NCBI GenBank assembly: GCA_001643675.2
Contig: LSRY02000021.1
Coordinates: 248,001 to 312,000 of the forward strand
DNA from: Monocercomonoides exilis PA203
Lineage: Eukaryota > Protista > Preaxostyla
Length of the DNA stretch: 64,000 nt
Reading direction: 5' to 3'
The position numbers and the translations under genes were made by a program. Below, in pieces: positions 44,316-58,800 of this stretch. Below the pieces are notes generated by a model, which saw only the letters and a program-made list of their open reading frames with translations, ran no database searches and was not told where the DNA came from. Numbering within the stretch: the first letter of the stretch is position 1; every line of letters begins with the position of its first letter.

Positions 44316-47300
44316 TGATGATGATGTGAATGAATTGTCTGCCATTGAAGAAGAAGAGATGGAGTGTGGAGGAGTATCGAAGTGGATTGTGGATGATTCT
44401 TCTGTTGAACTCTTAAATTCTTGCTTCTGCATCTGATGTTGGACAGATGCATCCTTCGAGCGCTCATCTGAATCAAAAGCATCCTTAGATGTTTTTTCTG
44501 CAGAAGCAGAAGAGAAACGCAGGGTGATGCGACTGTCTTCGGACGGCGAGTCTGGTGGAGAGGCGCTTCTGTTGCGTGCGCTTTGGGTCTGAGGCGATGA
44601 ACTGTGGCTGTTCGGATTGGAAGTTGGAAGCGAAGCATTCGAATGGAGCAGATCGCCAATGGAGGATGGGTCTTCGTTTGGCGCTGGCTCTGCAGAGCGA
44701 TTACTCGGCAAAGAGTCTGCAGCCAAAGCAGAAAGAACCAAAGGAGCTGGCTTGATTTCAGTTGAAATTGCATCTTTTTCTTTGGGAAACTCGTTTTCCT
44801 TTTCAGAAATAGCTTCTTTGGAATTATCAATCGCCTCAGCTTTTTGTGAAGCATCAGTTTGAAGTGTCAGACAATCAGAAGAATTATTTTGTTTTAACAT
44901 TCTCTTTTCTGTTGCAGTTTCGCTTTCATCTGTTTCCAGCAGATGTGATTCGTGTGAATGCTGCTGTGAATCAGACTCATCTACAGAAATGTTGATGTGA
45001 GAAGGAGAGGCTTCTTCAGCACTTTCAGCCACGACAGGCAGCGACTGATCGGTTTTTTGATTGCCCTTCAGAATTTCAGGGTTTGGTGAACAGCTGCTCG
45101 ATGCACTCTTTTGAGTCGAACGTGTTTTGGATGGCCGATCGAAAAATGACACAAGATGATAATCAACAACAACTACACCAAATAAAGAAATGGAAGAAAT
45201 AGAGAAGAAATGAAAAAAAAAAATATTTTTAACAAGCAAATTAAAAATTTAAGTGAAATAAAGGAATAAAAAGCATAATTTTATAACAAAAAGGTTCAAT
45301 AAAATAATAATCTCTTTTCTTTTCTATCCCTTTTCCACACGAAAACAAACATAAACACACTTTTCATTGTTGATTCGACGCATTCAGTGATCAGCTCAGT
45401 CACAACAGGCGTTGCGTGATCAAAACAAGGGGCAGAGTTAACCTCAATCAGCCACGGATGCATTTCATCATCAACCATAAAGTCAAACCCATAAATCTCA
45501 AACGTGCTTTTCCGCTCTTTTATTCCTTCTCTGGCCGATTTGATTGCAACCACAATTATTTTCTCTATCATCGGAAGCGTTTCGTTGATCCACGTTGTGT
45601 AATAGGTTGTGCTTGGAGAACTCTCTGTTGCTTCATCGAAACAAAAAGAAGATTCTGAGTTTTTGGAGGAATTTGTTCTTTTTGCTGCTTTCGCATCGGA
45701 AGCATTGGATGAGCTTTCTTGCGAATTAGTGTCTTCGCTCTCTTTCTGGTTATCCTCTGTATTTGGCTCAGATTTTGAGACTGGTTCCTCACTCTCACTT
45801 TTTTTCGTTACTTTTTTGTTTTGTCCTTCTTCCTCTCTTTTGCTTTCAGCTGACTCATTCTTCTTCTTTCTTCTAATTGATGCTTCGCTTTCATCAATCC
45901 CTCCACTCTGCAGCGCCTTCAAATATTCCTCAAACTGCTCGCGATGCCACATATTCCCCTGAACACCCCAATCGCCTCCAACTGTGTCAAACGCATCGCT
46001 TTTGACCTGAATGGCGTTGTTTGTCAAATGAACGAACTTGTCCAGTGACTTCAGAGTGAATGGAACAGAAGTGAGTCTGATGTAGGGACGCTGATACGCC
46101 CAGATGGTGAGTGGACACAGCGAGGTGACAAGAACCCACAGACGAATATCAAACTTCAGTCGATGAATTAACAATGGATGCTCAATGTATTTCTTATTTG
46201 CAAGTTTGAAAAAAGAGACGAAACAATTGAGTGTGAAGATTTGTATAAATATGAGAAATGAACATATATATGCATATTATAAATTCTGAAGAAGATAAAA
46301 AAAAGCTAATCAAACCTGAACGACAAACGAATCCTCACAAGCAGAAACATGCTCAAATATTTCAGAAAGTGAATTGAAGCAAGCAATTCCTCTTCCGCGC
46401 GACTTGCCAATCGGCTTCGCAATCCAAATGTTCCTCATGCCCAACGTCTCAAAAGGAGCAATTGTTTGTAGAATCAGCGGATACACCTCGGATGCGCGCT
46501 CCAGCAGTGACGAAAGCGACGGAATTGCACTTTTGGTTGAAGAAGAAGAAGATGATGATGAAGATGATGATGAAGGATGAATAGAACTTTGCTTGGCGTT
46601 ATTACTTGCACCATCCAACTGAGGAGGATGCATCGAACGTGAAGGAGATGCCATGCGGATTGAAGAAAGATTGCTGTCTTTCATTTGGCGAGGCAGAAGA
46701 GAACTCCCTCTTTCTGCCTTGTTTGATGAAGGACTGCGATCCACTTGGCGCTGAGTTGCTGCAGAAGGACTCAGCACAGAACTCTTTGAAACAACAAGAG
46801 ATGAAGTTGATTCACTCTCAGATGCAGTTGATGAAGTGCCATCGTGTTGGCTCGAAGAAGAAGAAGAATTGTGGCTCAATTTTTGATTGGTCGAAGTGCT
46901 TTTGTAAGGGCTCATTGCTGGCAGTCGCTTTGGTGAGTGTGTTGAAAGAGAGGAAATTGAGGTGGAAGAAGAAGGACCGAGTGAAGTGGCTGGCTGTGAA
47001 GAGATCATAACAGCAGGCAAAGAAGAAGAAGAAGATGATGAAGATGAAGACTGTTTTTGTTGAAGAAGATGTTTCGAAGGGCTTTTCTGCTGGGAAGCAA
47101 TGGGAAAGGGATCGTTCTGTTTCTTCGGCAGCATCTGGGCTGAAGTCTTCCTCGGAGGTGTTTTATATCTCTGGGAATCAGCACGTGTTGAAAGACCGGA
47201 AGCTGTTTTGCTCATGTTTGAGGACAAACCAGCTCGACGCTGCGAACTCGTTGATCTGCTGGGTGCATACGGAGAAGGCGTACGAAAAGCAGCGTTTCTC

Positions 47301-48650
47301 TGAACAGACAGAGACCGCTTCTCAGATTGAGGCAGCTTTCTTTGCTTAGTTGGACTGCTGAATTGCGGAAGTTGGATGGCTGGTGCAGAGTAAGAAGGCA
47401 CCAGATGAGAATGAGCGTATGGCGAAGCTGCTGATGGTTGCTTGTTGCCGATGGATGTGCCAGACGCATCTGCTGCAGAAAGATGAGTTGTTGATGAAGA
47501 CTGCTGTGCACTTACAGGAATGCAGGTGCTTTTATTATTCGTGCGCAGAAGTGTGCTTTGTGAATCTTTGGCAGCTGCTGATGTGTTTATTGATGGCTTT
47601 TTGATTCGGCGTCGCTTTGTAAGAAACTCAACTCTCTCGACGCATTCCTCTCCAACCACAAGCCAATCATCTTCTGTCAAATAGGTTTTGCCTTCTTCTT
47701 TTATTTCATTCTCCTTTTGTTGGCATTTGCTTTCATTGTTCATTGTATTGCTGTCTGAGTTTCCACGAAGTGAAAAAAATAATTCTGTATAAATAATAGA
47801 AAAATATATAGCAGAAGGAGAATAATGCGCAGATCTGGGGTTGTCGGGAAATTTATGAGGACCATGTGATTGTTTGCTACTGCTTTTGTACTTTGGTTGT
47901 AATTTTGAAATTTCAATTCCGTTCTCTTTTAAAAAATATTTCATTATATTTGCACATTTCATGAGACGAAACATTTTCACAAATTCTTTCTTTTCATCTT
48001 TATCTCGTAAATCATAGCAAAGAGGAAAGAAATTATGATAGTTCACGCCACATTCCCACATAGCATTTGTTTTTAAAGATCTGTAAAGACCAGACTTTGT
48101 TGTTAAAGAAGATGTTTTGGGAAAATGATTAACAAGTTTTGGAAGTTTAAAATCTTCTTCATTCAAATCAGATGTTTGAATTGCCCATCTAAAGTCAATG
48201 TTTTGATCAGCTAAATGATGAAGCTTTTGATAAAAAAATAAAAAATTCAAAAAATTTGAAGAAACCAGCTTCTGTACATTCTTCCCAAGAACGACTTTTA
48301 AGAGCCTGACGAACGTCCCCAGTACAATCTCCACGACTTAAAACTTTAAATCTCTGTTCAATTTCCAATCATTAAAAAACAAACTTTTGTTGTAATTAGA
48401 AATGAACAAACTTTCACTCTTTTTTCAGCTTTGGCTGAATAAAATATCAATTCGTTTCAATGTCACATTTAATATTTCGAATGTGCATCAAAAATTGTTG
48501 CACGAAAAGAATAAAACACATTGAAAAAAAGAGAACATTGCACATATAATCCAAACAAACAGCATACAATTATTTGATTTTATCGTTCCTTTACTAATAT
48601 CCCCTTTTAATTTTGAATTGTGCATTTGACATGTTTTTTCTGCTTTTCTG
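44028..48650 (-). CDS. Tubulin-tyrosine ligase-like protein, TTLL3/TTLL8 glycylase-like (multi-exon; 5' end uncertain)
   Basis: VNHFPKTSSLTTKSGL, FFPLCYDL, NIWIAKPIGKSRGRGI, VVQKYIEHPLLI.KFDIRLWVLVT, VHLTNNAIQ, FEIYGFDFMVD, PWLIEVNSAP. The NIWIxKPxxKSRGRGI signature is typical of glycylases. Confidence 0.88.
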
Positions 48651-49492
48651 AAGAAAAAAAATATGAATTAAATTTAACGATATTTATATTATATTTTTTT
48701 TCTTTTTTATCGAAAAGACAAAACTGTTTTCATTTGTCTTTTTATTTAAAAAGATATTAATTCACTTTTTGTTCCTTTTTATTTTTTTGTTGTCTTTCAA
48801 TTTATTTATTTGTTTTTAACAAATATAAGCAGATTGTGAAAACTTGTTATTTATTAAAAAAAACATTATGAGAAAAAAATTGTTTAACTATCAAAAATAG
48901 ACAAGATAAATTCATATTTATATATTGGAATAAAAATTTGAAAAAATAACAAAAAATGATTGAAAAATAAAATTCTTCACTAAAAATTTAATTCGTAACA
49001 ACTTTAATCACTAAATAAGCATATTGTTTCAATCTTTCTGCAATTCATTTTACATGGATCATTGAAAAAACATGAATTGATGTTGGAAAATTTGATATTT
49101 GAAATATTGATAATTCTTTTTATTTTTTGGTTGATAATAAAAGTTGAAGATAACTCAATTTCATGAATAACCCACAGTTATTGTCAAACCTATTATTGAA
49201 AATATAATCGATTTTTGAAGAAAAATAAATGTTAAATTGAGAAGGTGAGTGAATTTTTGCTTAAAAAAAAACAACGACTTGTTCCAAACTTATTTCGCTT
49301 TCATTTCTGTAACTCCAAGAGTCTCACGCATATAATCATGAAAAAATGAAAAAAACTTCAGAATAATATCAGAAAATATCACGCGTGACAAAATAAATAA
49401 AGCATAAAATATCTTTCCAAGGAATATTTTGAACAGAAAAATAGTTATAGGATAATAAGATCAGAAAATTATTCCAACATTTTTGAAATTTC

Positions 49493-52400
49493 ATGCAAAA
49501 GGAATGTTTACAAGTAAAGCTATTAAGATTAGGTGCTTTTGATCCTCAATCATCACATAGAGCGAAACCATCAACTCATATGCTTTGGAATACAAAGAAA
49601 GATACTCATTCCGCCTTAGATGAAATTGCACCTCTTCCTCCTGTTGTTGCAATTCGTGTAAACGCAGAAGAAAGCGATTATTTTTCACATTTTTATCAGA
49701 ACCATCCGTTTGAAGAGGTCGTAAGCTTTCAACTGCAACATGTCGTTTGTCAAGTGTATTTTTTCAATACAAACTCATTTTTTGGAATTTTTTATTTCAT
49801 ATTTTACGTATTTTAAGCTTGAAGATAAAAAGCGAAATTCTATTGTTGTGTGCCCGAGACCCTCAAATAAAACTGATTTAGTGGATAAAAGCTCAGTTAT
49901 TTCAGATGAGCCAAAGGATGCGATTCACGAAAAGTCAGTGGGTACAGAAACTTGCGAGATAGATTTGAAAAGCGGAGAAGGCAATGTTTTATGTTCTTGC
50001 CCAGTACAAAAAGGCATTCTTCACTCTCTTTCAAACGCTAATGCGCATGTATCAACATCATTTTCTTGGATTCCTTCACCAGCCACTGGCCATTCACCGT
50101 TTTCTTTCAGCTGTCATCGCGCATTTCCATGTGATGTTGTTAGTGCGGTGAGTCAAATTCCAGGCTCTGCGAGACGTCGGACTTCATTTCAGCGAAATTT
50201 GGCATCTTCAGATTTAATCAATTCACCAAGCATGTCTCATTTGCCGCCTTTGGGAATACCTTCTTCGCCATCCCAAATTATTGCAGCTGCGGCGACTGCG
50301 CCTCAACTTGCTATGAAAAATCCATTAATTCAACCAGTTTGGAATTATGCTTATTTGAAAAAAAATTCTTAACTATTTTATTTGACACATTTTCTTTTTT
50401 TTTTGAACTTTGTTATTTTTAATTTCTCTCTGTTTTTCCGCTTTGTTGTCTTTCTGTCTTTCATTTTACCAAACTTTGTCACATCCGACCAATCGCAGCT
50501 TCCTTCCCAGCTTATGCACCTTCGGGGCTCCTTTTCGATGATCACCAAAGACGAAGAGGCGCATCTCCGGTCTGCATTCCACAGGCTCCTTCAGACGATG
50601 TTTCTGCAGCAGCTGACGGCCAAAGAGTGGGAAGAGAGCGAAAAGCGACTTCTGAAGGAGCAGCGAGTGAAGGAGCTGGTTCTGCTGAGAAAGAAAAGAC
50701 AGGCTCTTGAAAATACACTGCAATCTTCTGCTGCTTCTGAATGTGACAATAACACTGCTGCATCAGACGAGCCAGAAAAGTTGCACCAGCCACAAGAATC
50801 GCAGTCACAGGGTTCTCCAGACAATACAAAAGTTGACGGAAATCAAACTGTTAAGCCAGAAAATGGAACAAACTCCAACAATTCTCCCCGTTCCGATTCC
50901 AACCTCCATTCAAGTACCCTTCTTCTTTCCTCTCCGCCTCCAACCCTCCCCTTCTTGTTCTCTTTCTTGTTCTTCTTCATTCAAGGCGCGCGCTTTCGCG
51001 AAGACGAAGTGAAAATCCTGCCGTTTCGAAGGGTTGTGGAAGACGAGCGGGAAGAGCTGGACCACCAAAGAGAAGAAGAGCTCAAAAGAAGAGAAGAAAA
51101 AATTGAAAGGGAGAAGAGAAGGAGAAGAGAGAGAAGAGAGAAGAAGACGGCAAAGGAACAAGACGGATCAGAATGTCCGACTTATCTGCAACAAGATGCT
51201 TCAAATGAGGAAACCTTTGCACCGCTTGAACCAACACAGCTTTCTTCTTCTTCTTCTTCTTCTTCTTCTTCTTCCTCTGCTGACAGCGATGCAATTCTTT
51301 CTCCCTCACTTGCATCAGCGCCTTGTCTTCCGCCTGCCCATCATTCCAGTCACAACAGCAGCCATTCCACACACAAAGAAGATCGTTCGACTCTTTTGGA
51401 GTCTCTCACATCGTCTTTCTTCACATCACTTTTCGATTCTTATCTGCTCTGCTCAAGTTCTTCTTTGGCTCCATCTATTGTTGAGCCTCACAATACATCT
51501 TCACTTCATTCCTCCTCCTCTTCTTCTTCCTCTTCTTCCTCCTCCTCCTCATCATCAACAGAGACATGTCCTGCTCTTTTGGATCCTCTCCCTCTTGTTG
51601 ATGGACAGAGCCTGCCTCGTCTGTCTGAACTGGCAGCGCCTTCTCAACTGCGCATGAGAAGAGGATGGCGATGCTGGCGTGTTGGAGAGAGAGAAGGAGA
51701 AAGAGAAGGAGAGAAAAAAGGAGAAAAGGAAAGAGAAGGAGAAAGCAGAAAAGAAAGAAGAAGAATCGAAAGGAGGAATGAATATGAGAGTGGAAATAGC
51801 ACAGAATGCGATCGTTCTCTTGATGATAAAAGTGAAAATAGAGAAGAAAATGAAGAATGTCATGAAAATGAAAAGGAAGATGAAGTTCATCCAAAAGCAA
51901 GTAATTTCAAACATTCAAAAAAGAAACTTGAATCTCTTCTTTCATCACAGACACAACAAGAGCCTTCTCTTCCGCTGCTTCTTCGCCGTTCTGTTTCTGC
52001 TTCCTCTTTCTTTCTTTCTCTTCTTCCGCCTTCGAATCCTCTTCCCAGTCAATCTTCACTCGACACTTCACATTCGTCTGAATCAGACAAGTCAGACAGC
52101 AATGAAGGAGAAAGGAAACAAGGAGACTTAAAAGAAGAGCAACCTTCAATTGCACTATCTTCTCATCATTCTCTTTCTTCTTCTGACTCTTCCCCTTCCT
52201 CCTCCTCTTCCTCCTCTTCTTCCTCTTCTGCTTCTCCTCCTTCTCCTTCTGATTCAAATATTCCTCCCACAACTCCATCTTCTTCTCATGGCACTTCATC
52301 TTCTGTTCAGAAGGCGTCTCAAAAACATTCATCAAAACTTGTCTCTTTTTGGAATTCAACTTCAAATCGGCTGTTTGCTTCATCGTTAAACGAACACACT

Positions 52401-52802
52401 CTCTCCCTTTTGTCGTCTTATGCTGTCTCATCTTTCTCTTCCTCTTCTTTCCTTTCCTCCTCTTCGTCTTCTTCCTCATCCTTCTCTTCTGCTTCTTCTT
52501 CTTCTTCACTTCCCTATTCAACCTCTTCCTCCTCCTCCTCTTCCTCTTCCTCTTCCTCTTCTTCCTCTCTCAAAACATCCACCACATTCGAACTCGACTC
52601 CTTTTTGAGAGACCTTCTCGATGAATCTCAGCTTCGTCGTCTGTTTCTGAATGAAAGTTGTGTCATTGTTCCTTCTCATCGCTCTCTCTCTCCTCACAGA
52701 CAGACAACAGAGCAGAGGAAAAGCTCTCTTTGGGCTTTGTTTGCTAACCCTGCTGATGTTGCTGCTTTGTCATCGTCTTCTTCCTCTTCCTCTTCCTCTT
52801 CT

Positions 52803-52835
<33 letters not shown>

Positions 52836-55800
52836 GCTTCTGCTTTTAATGCAACAGGATCAGCTGTACCTATCACACACATATCAAATTTCTTACCTCC
52901 TTCCATTTCATTTTCATCATCATCATCTTTTTCTTCTTTTTCTGCTTCTTCCTCTCCTTCCTCCTCCTCTTCGTATTCTCTTTCCTCTGCCCCTTCCATT
53001 TCATCCACCTCTTCTCTCTACATCCAACCTTCTTCCCTCTCCTCCCTCTCTTCCCTCTCTTCCAATGCTTCTCTTTCTATTCCTCTGCGGATGTTCGACT
53101 TGCAAAGAAAAAAACGCATTTTGCACTCGAAATTTCGCATCTGCCCCGCCACACCCACAAAAGAAAGACTTCTTTTTGTGGCGCTGAAGAAGAGAGGGAA
53201 AAGGGCACAGAGAGAAAGGAAGAGGAGCAAGACGAAGCGGAAGAAGCTGATGAGACGGTGGAGGCAGCTGAAGAAGGATGTGGAGAGAGAGAAGAATGCA
53301 CAGCAGAAGAGGAAAGAGAAGGAGAAAGAGAAAGAGAAAGAGAAGGAGAAAGAGAAGGAGAAAGAGAAAGATACAGACACCGAAACAGATCGGTCGAGGC
53401 ATTCAGGCGAAGGACATAAAAGCGAAGAAACACCCACACATCTTCTGCCTTCTCACAGAAAGGCTTCTGTTTCAATGCAGAAGCGCACTTTCTCTACTTC
53501 TTCATCTTCTTCAACTTCTTCTTCTTCGTCGTCATCTTCCTCTTCCTCTTCCTCTTCCTCTTCTACCTCTTCCTCCTTCTCCTCCAAGTCCTGCCAATCT
53601 CCCGACTCTTTGTCCTCTGCCCCATCCACCCCTCGTTCCAAGCACTCTTCTCCTCGTTCCCATCCTCCTCTGAATCATTCTTCTTCTGCTTCCTCTCTTT
53701 CCATCAGCGACATTTCAGACTCTCCTCTCTTCAACAGCACAGCCACCTCTGCCAACTTCCCTTCTCTCCCTGCCTCTTCTTCTTTGACTGTGCCTCTTTA
53801 CAGACCACTGAGAAAAGACGAAATGTCTTCTGACTCACCAATTTCTTCGTCTCCTCAGTCGAATGTTGCACTCAGCGCTTCTTATGCACTGCCTTCCTCG
53901 TTCTCCTCTTCTTTCTTTTCATCATCGTCCTCCTCCTCCTCCTCTTCTTCTTCTTCTTCTTCTTTCTCTTCTTCCTCTTTTTCAACAGCACATGCAAAAG
54001 CCAAAGTATCTGCTCCTCTTTCTCCTCAAAATCTGTCTCCTTCGTCTCGCTCTGTTTATCTCCAGACAGCAGGCTCCACTCCCACATCAACTGCATCTTC
54101 TCTCTCATCCATCTCTTCTGCTTTCCCTTCCTCCTCCTCCTCTTCCTCCTCATCTTCTTCTCCTTCCTCCTCTTCCTCTTCCTCTTCCTTTTCTTCTTCC
54201 TTTTCTTCTTCCTCTCCTCAAATGTCTTCCTGTGTCAACTTCAATCTTTCTCTCCAGCACCCAACGTCCAACAGATATTGGTCCGTCATCTGCTGTGAGG
54301 GCGATGAGCTGATCATTCACAGAGACGAAAGAGAACTGCCAGAAAGAAACATTCAAATTCTGAGGATGAAGAAGAAGGCACAGAAGATGCTTGAGAAGAG
54401 GAAAAGAAGGCTTTTGAGAACAAAAAGAAGGAATCAGAGAAAAAGAGGTGTGAAACAAGAAACAAAAGAGGAGAACGAAATGCCATCAAATTTGAATGAA
54501 GGACAAGAATCTTCCAACAAAGATAGCATAAACCCTTCAATTGCATCAACAGATCCCTCTTCAATGAAACCTCTTTCTGCCTCTTCGACTTCTGCTTTCT
54601 CGATGCTTTCTCCTTCTCCAACTTCTCCTTCTCCTTCTCCTTCTTCCCCTCTTTCTCCTCTTTCTCCTCTTTCTCCTTTGTCTTCTCATTCATCTGACTA
54701 TTCAGAAGCATCCAATGAAAATGACTGTTCTTCAAATGAAACAGAAAGCACCTCAAACACAAACAAGAGCCAAACTTCCTTCCAAATGCCCTCTCTTCCT
54801 CCTCTCCACCAGAGCTATCTGAGAATAAACGAGATGTGGATAGAGTCTTCGCAGAGTCCATTCACATCTCCTTTTCCCGACCAGCGCTTTTTCGAAGACA
54901 GAAATGGAGTGCAGATGAGGAAGAGAACTGCATCGACGGTGAAGATGGGGTCATCAATGAATAATAATAATAATAATAATAACAGCAACAATACAAACAC
55001 AAATACAAATACAAATGCCAGCGGAGGAGGAGGAGGAGGGAGTGTGTTTGGGTGTGCCATGTCTTCTGCCACATCGATCACTTCTTCTCTTCCATTAGCT
55101 CCGCTCAACCCGCCTTCATCTGCTTTTCCTTCATCAAATCCAGCAAAGTCATCAGACGCTGTATTGACTTCTGATTCAGCCCAATCTCCTCTGCTTCCCA
55201 CTGCAAATGGAACAAACAGTTTTTCATCCAACTCATCTTCATCATCATCATCATCTTCTTCTTCTTCTTCTGAGAATAACCATTTCAGTTCAAAACCTCC
55301 AAAGATGTCCTTCTGCTATCCAACTTGCCTCCTTTTTGCAGTTTCTTTATCCAACAACACATATTTGTCTGAGGAAGACATTAAATCTGCTGTTGTAGTG
55401 GGATCTTCATCTGCTTCTGCTTCTTCCTCCTCCTCTTCCTCTTCCAGTTCTCCCTCTTCTTCTTCTTTTGCATCGGTATCGTCTTCTTCTTCTGCTTCTT
55501 CATCATTTAATTCGAAAAATGAAATGACAAGTTCATCAAACATGTCATTTTCTGCTTCCTCTTCGACAAAAGGAGAAATGAGTCGAGTGAATCGAAATGC
55601 ACATGATGAAGACAAAGCTATAAATGATGTGCTGAAAACTCCTTCACATTCAGTCTTTTCCATTCCTTCACTCAAATTGAATGCTTCTGTCTCAACTTCT
55701 TCTCTTCCTTCTTCCTCTTCCTCTTCCTCCTCCTCTTCTTCTTCTAATTCTAATTCTTCCTCGCCTTCCTCTTCCTTTTTCTCCCGTTCGCGTTTCGGAA

Positions 55801-58800
55801 AGAACTCATCCAATCCATTTTTCGACAAGAAGCCCAAAGCAGCTGAACAGAACATTCCCGTCAAAACAGAGCATGGTATAACTTCATCTTCTTCTGTATC
55901 TTCTTCTGCTCCTTCTTCTTCCTCTAAAAATCGTTCTTTCTTTGGAACTCCAAAGACTTCCTTGAATTCCAACAGCCAGCAGCCTTCCCCGTTTCCTCCC
56001 CCTCCTCCTCAAACAAAGAAACCCAGCTTTTCTTCTCCTTCTGCCTCTGCCTCTGCTTCTCTCTCAGTTCCTCTCTCTTCCTCCTCCTCTTCTTCTTATC
56101 CACTGCACACACCACAGCCTAAACAGGTCCCTCCTCCACCTCCTCCAATTGTGCTGTCTCGCCCATCCAAGCGCAATCATTCACAAAAGACAGACAATTC
56201 CCCTTCTCCTCCTCTTTCCACACAAACACCCAACATTCCACTCGCTGCAACACCTGCTGCTCCTTCCACACCGTCTTCTTCCACTTCTTCTTTGTCTCCT
56301 TCTCTTTCTGCTTCTTCAACAGCTCAACTTCGCAGCACACCTTCTCCTTCCTCATCTTCCACTGCCTCCTTTTCTCCTCTTCTGCACTCACCAAACTTGT
56401 ATTCTCCTTCCTCTTCTTCTCCTCCTTCTCCTCTCAGCCAGTTCCCAACTTCCCGCTCTGTCGCCTCCAAAATGCCCCATTCTCCCACCCCGCCAATCAC
56501 ATCCAGGCCAACCTCTGCCTCTTCTCTTTCTACTGTCTCCCTCGAGTCTTCTGCTTCTTCCTCTTCTACTTCTCCTTCTCTCTCTCCTGAACTTTCTTCT
56601 CCACAGCAGTCGTCTCAACTCCCTCTGCCAAATCAGTCCACCCCTTCTTCCTCATCCAACCTCTCTCCTTTGGCTGACTCTCGCTCTGAGCTTTCGCTGC
56701 AGAGCCACCAAACCGAATCCTCTTTTTCTCCCCTTTCTGCACACGAACGAAGCGAGAAAGAAGCAAATTTCACTCAAAATGACACCCCAATTGTTCCAGA
56801 AAACCTGAAAAAGCTTGTTGTTGCTCATGCTTCTTCCTCACTAACATTGCCCATCCCTTCTTTGCCTCTTCTAAATAGCGATCCTTCTCTTTCCTCGCTC
56901 ACCTTCGATCCTTCCATGCGCAGCCTGACAAACGATGACTTGACAGGCAAGTCGCCCACATCAGACCGATCGTCTTTGTCGTCCTGTGGCAGTGTTAATC
57001 CATTTGTGTGTGCCAGTTCTGGCCATTCCTTTGCCCCTCCCTCAAATCACGAGTCCTCAGGCGATGAATCGCCCTCTCAGCGGCATGGAAAGCAGAGTGA
57101 GAACAGAAAGAAGTCATTTTCACATTCAACAACTCAACAATCTCTGTTTGGGCTGCCATCAAAAAGACAGCCAACAACAAAATCTCCAACACAAAGCAGA
57201 ACATTCAGCAGAGAAGACAGACCATCATTCACAGGTAATCACAAGCAGCATCACTACTCTCTGTCTCCTGATGAGTCAAGCACAGATTCAGACATCCCTC
57301 TTTCTGCCTCTGAGTCTCCCTACAGAATATTAACACTGTTCCTTCTGAAGCCAGGTGACTTGAGTGAATACGGAAGAGAGACGAGTGAGATGCTGTGGCC
57401 ATTCAATGCGAACGTTCGATCGATGAATCCAAAAGGCGAAGAGAACGACTCACTCGCAAACAACATCGCCAGGAAGAACAGACTGAAAGCGCCTAAAAGG
57501 CAGACGAGACGAAGTTCGGAGGTTTTGATGGAGATGAGAAGAGACGGGAAAAAGAAGGAGATGTTTACCTCAAAGCCTTCCAAAGAAAGGCAACAGGAGA
57601 CACAAAATGGCTTTTCTGACAGTCCAACACAGCTCAAAGACCAGAGCATGAGTCAGCGTTCTTCCTCTCTTACTCCGCCAGCATACAACATATCAACCGA
57701 TCTGTCTGTGTCTGCTGAATCAACCTCGTCTGCTTTCCCAGCAGTGGCACAGCTGTCTCAGTCAGGCACAGTGTCTGTATATCCTCCTGCACATTGCACA
57801 CAAATAAATGTGCCTAATAAACAGCATGGCTCTTCACCTTCCACACCTGAAACGCCTCTCTCTTTCAATCGATTCGAGATGGGAGGTCGATACAGAGAAG
57901 AAGGCTGCTCAGAAGGAAATGTCACACCCACATTCAGAAGAGATGGGATGCCTGAGCTGCTGTCACACAATTCTCAGTCATTAGCCAGATCGGCAGAAGA
58001 GGAAGAAGGGCACAGGAAGGAATACATCGTTGGAAAAACACACTCAAATGACATTGTTGCTGTCGCGACGCCTTCAATTAGCACAGCGTCGCTTTCGCTT
58101 CCGCATCCTTCAAGTGTCATCTCTGCCTCTCCTCTTGATTGTGTGTATTCGTATCGATATCTGAACCCTTTCACTGAGTTTTCCATAACTCCAAATAGCT
58201 TTGGACTTTCTGGAAAATCCGATTCTAATGGCAGTGTTAATTGTTACAAAGACTATGAAAGAATGAAAGAAAATAAAGAGAGCCAAATATCTCATTCAAG
58301 ACTGCTGACTTCGTTGTTGTTAGCATCATCTTCTCCTTATTCTCATGTTGTGCCTTCCTCTTCGTCTGTTCTGTTTCCTTCAACAAACTCTTCAAAATTC
58401 TCTCAAAGGCCATTTATTGACACCCTCACTTGCTCTTATCCTGCCATACTGCGATGCAGCACTTATTTGCCACCGCCTTTGTATCTGAAAGATAGCATTT
58501 CCTATCCTTATCACCTTGAAGCACAGCAGAAGGACAAGCATAACACTCAGTTGTTCAATCGTTGTCATTCATTAACATTGTCCCAGATTGATAATGATGG
58601 AGGATGCGTTCAATTTGGAGGCTGTAATGATCACAAAGAAAGTGCTAATCTGTCATCAAATGAAATGAACGAAGAGAAGAGCGCTTCACATTTGAATGAA
58701 AGCAATTTCGATTCAAAATCATCTTTGATGCTGTCTTCTTCAAAGGGTGACGCGACGCTTTCGGTTCCTCAGAATTCTCTGTCGTTTGTTTCTCTTATTT

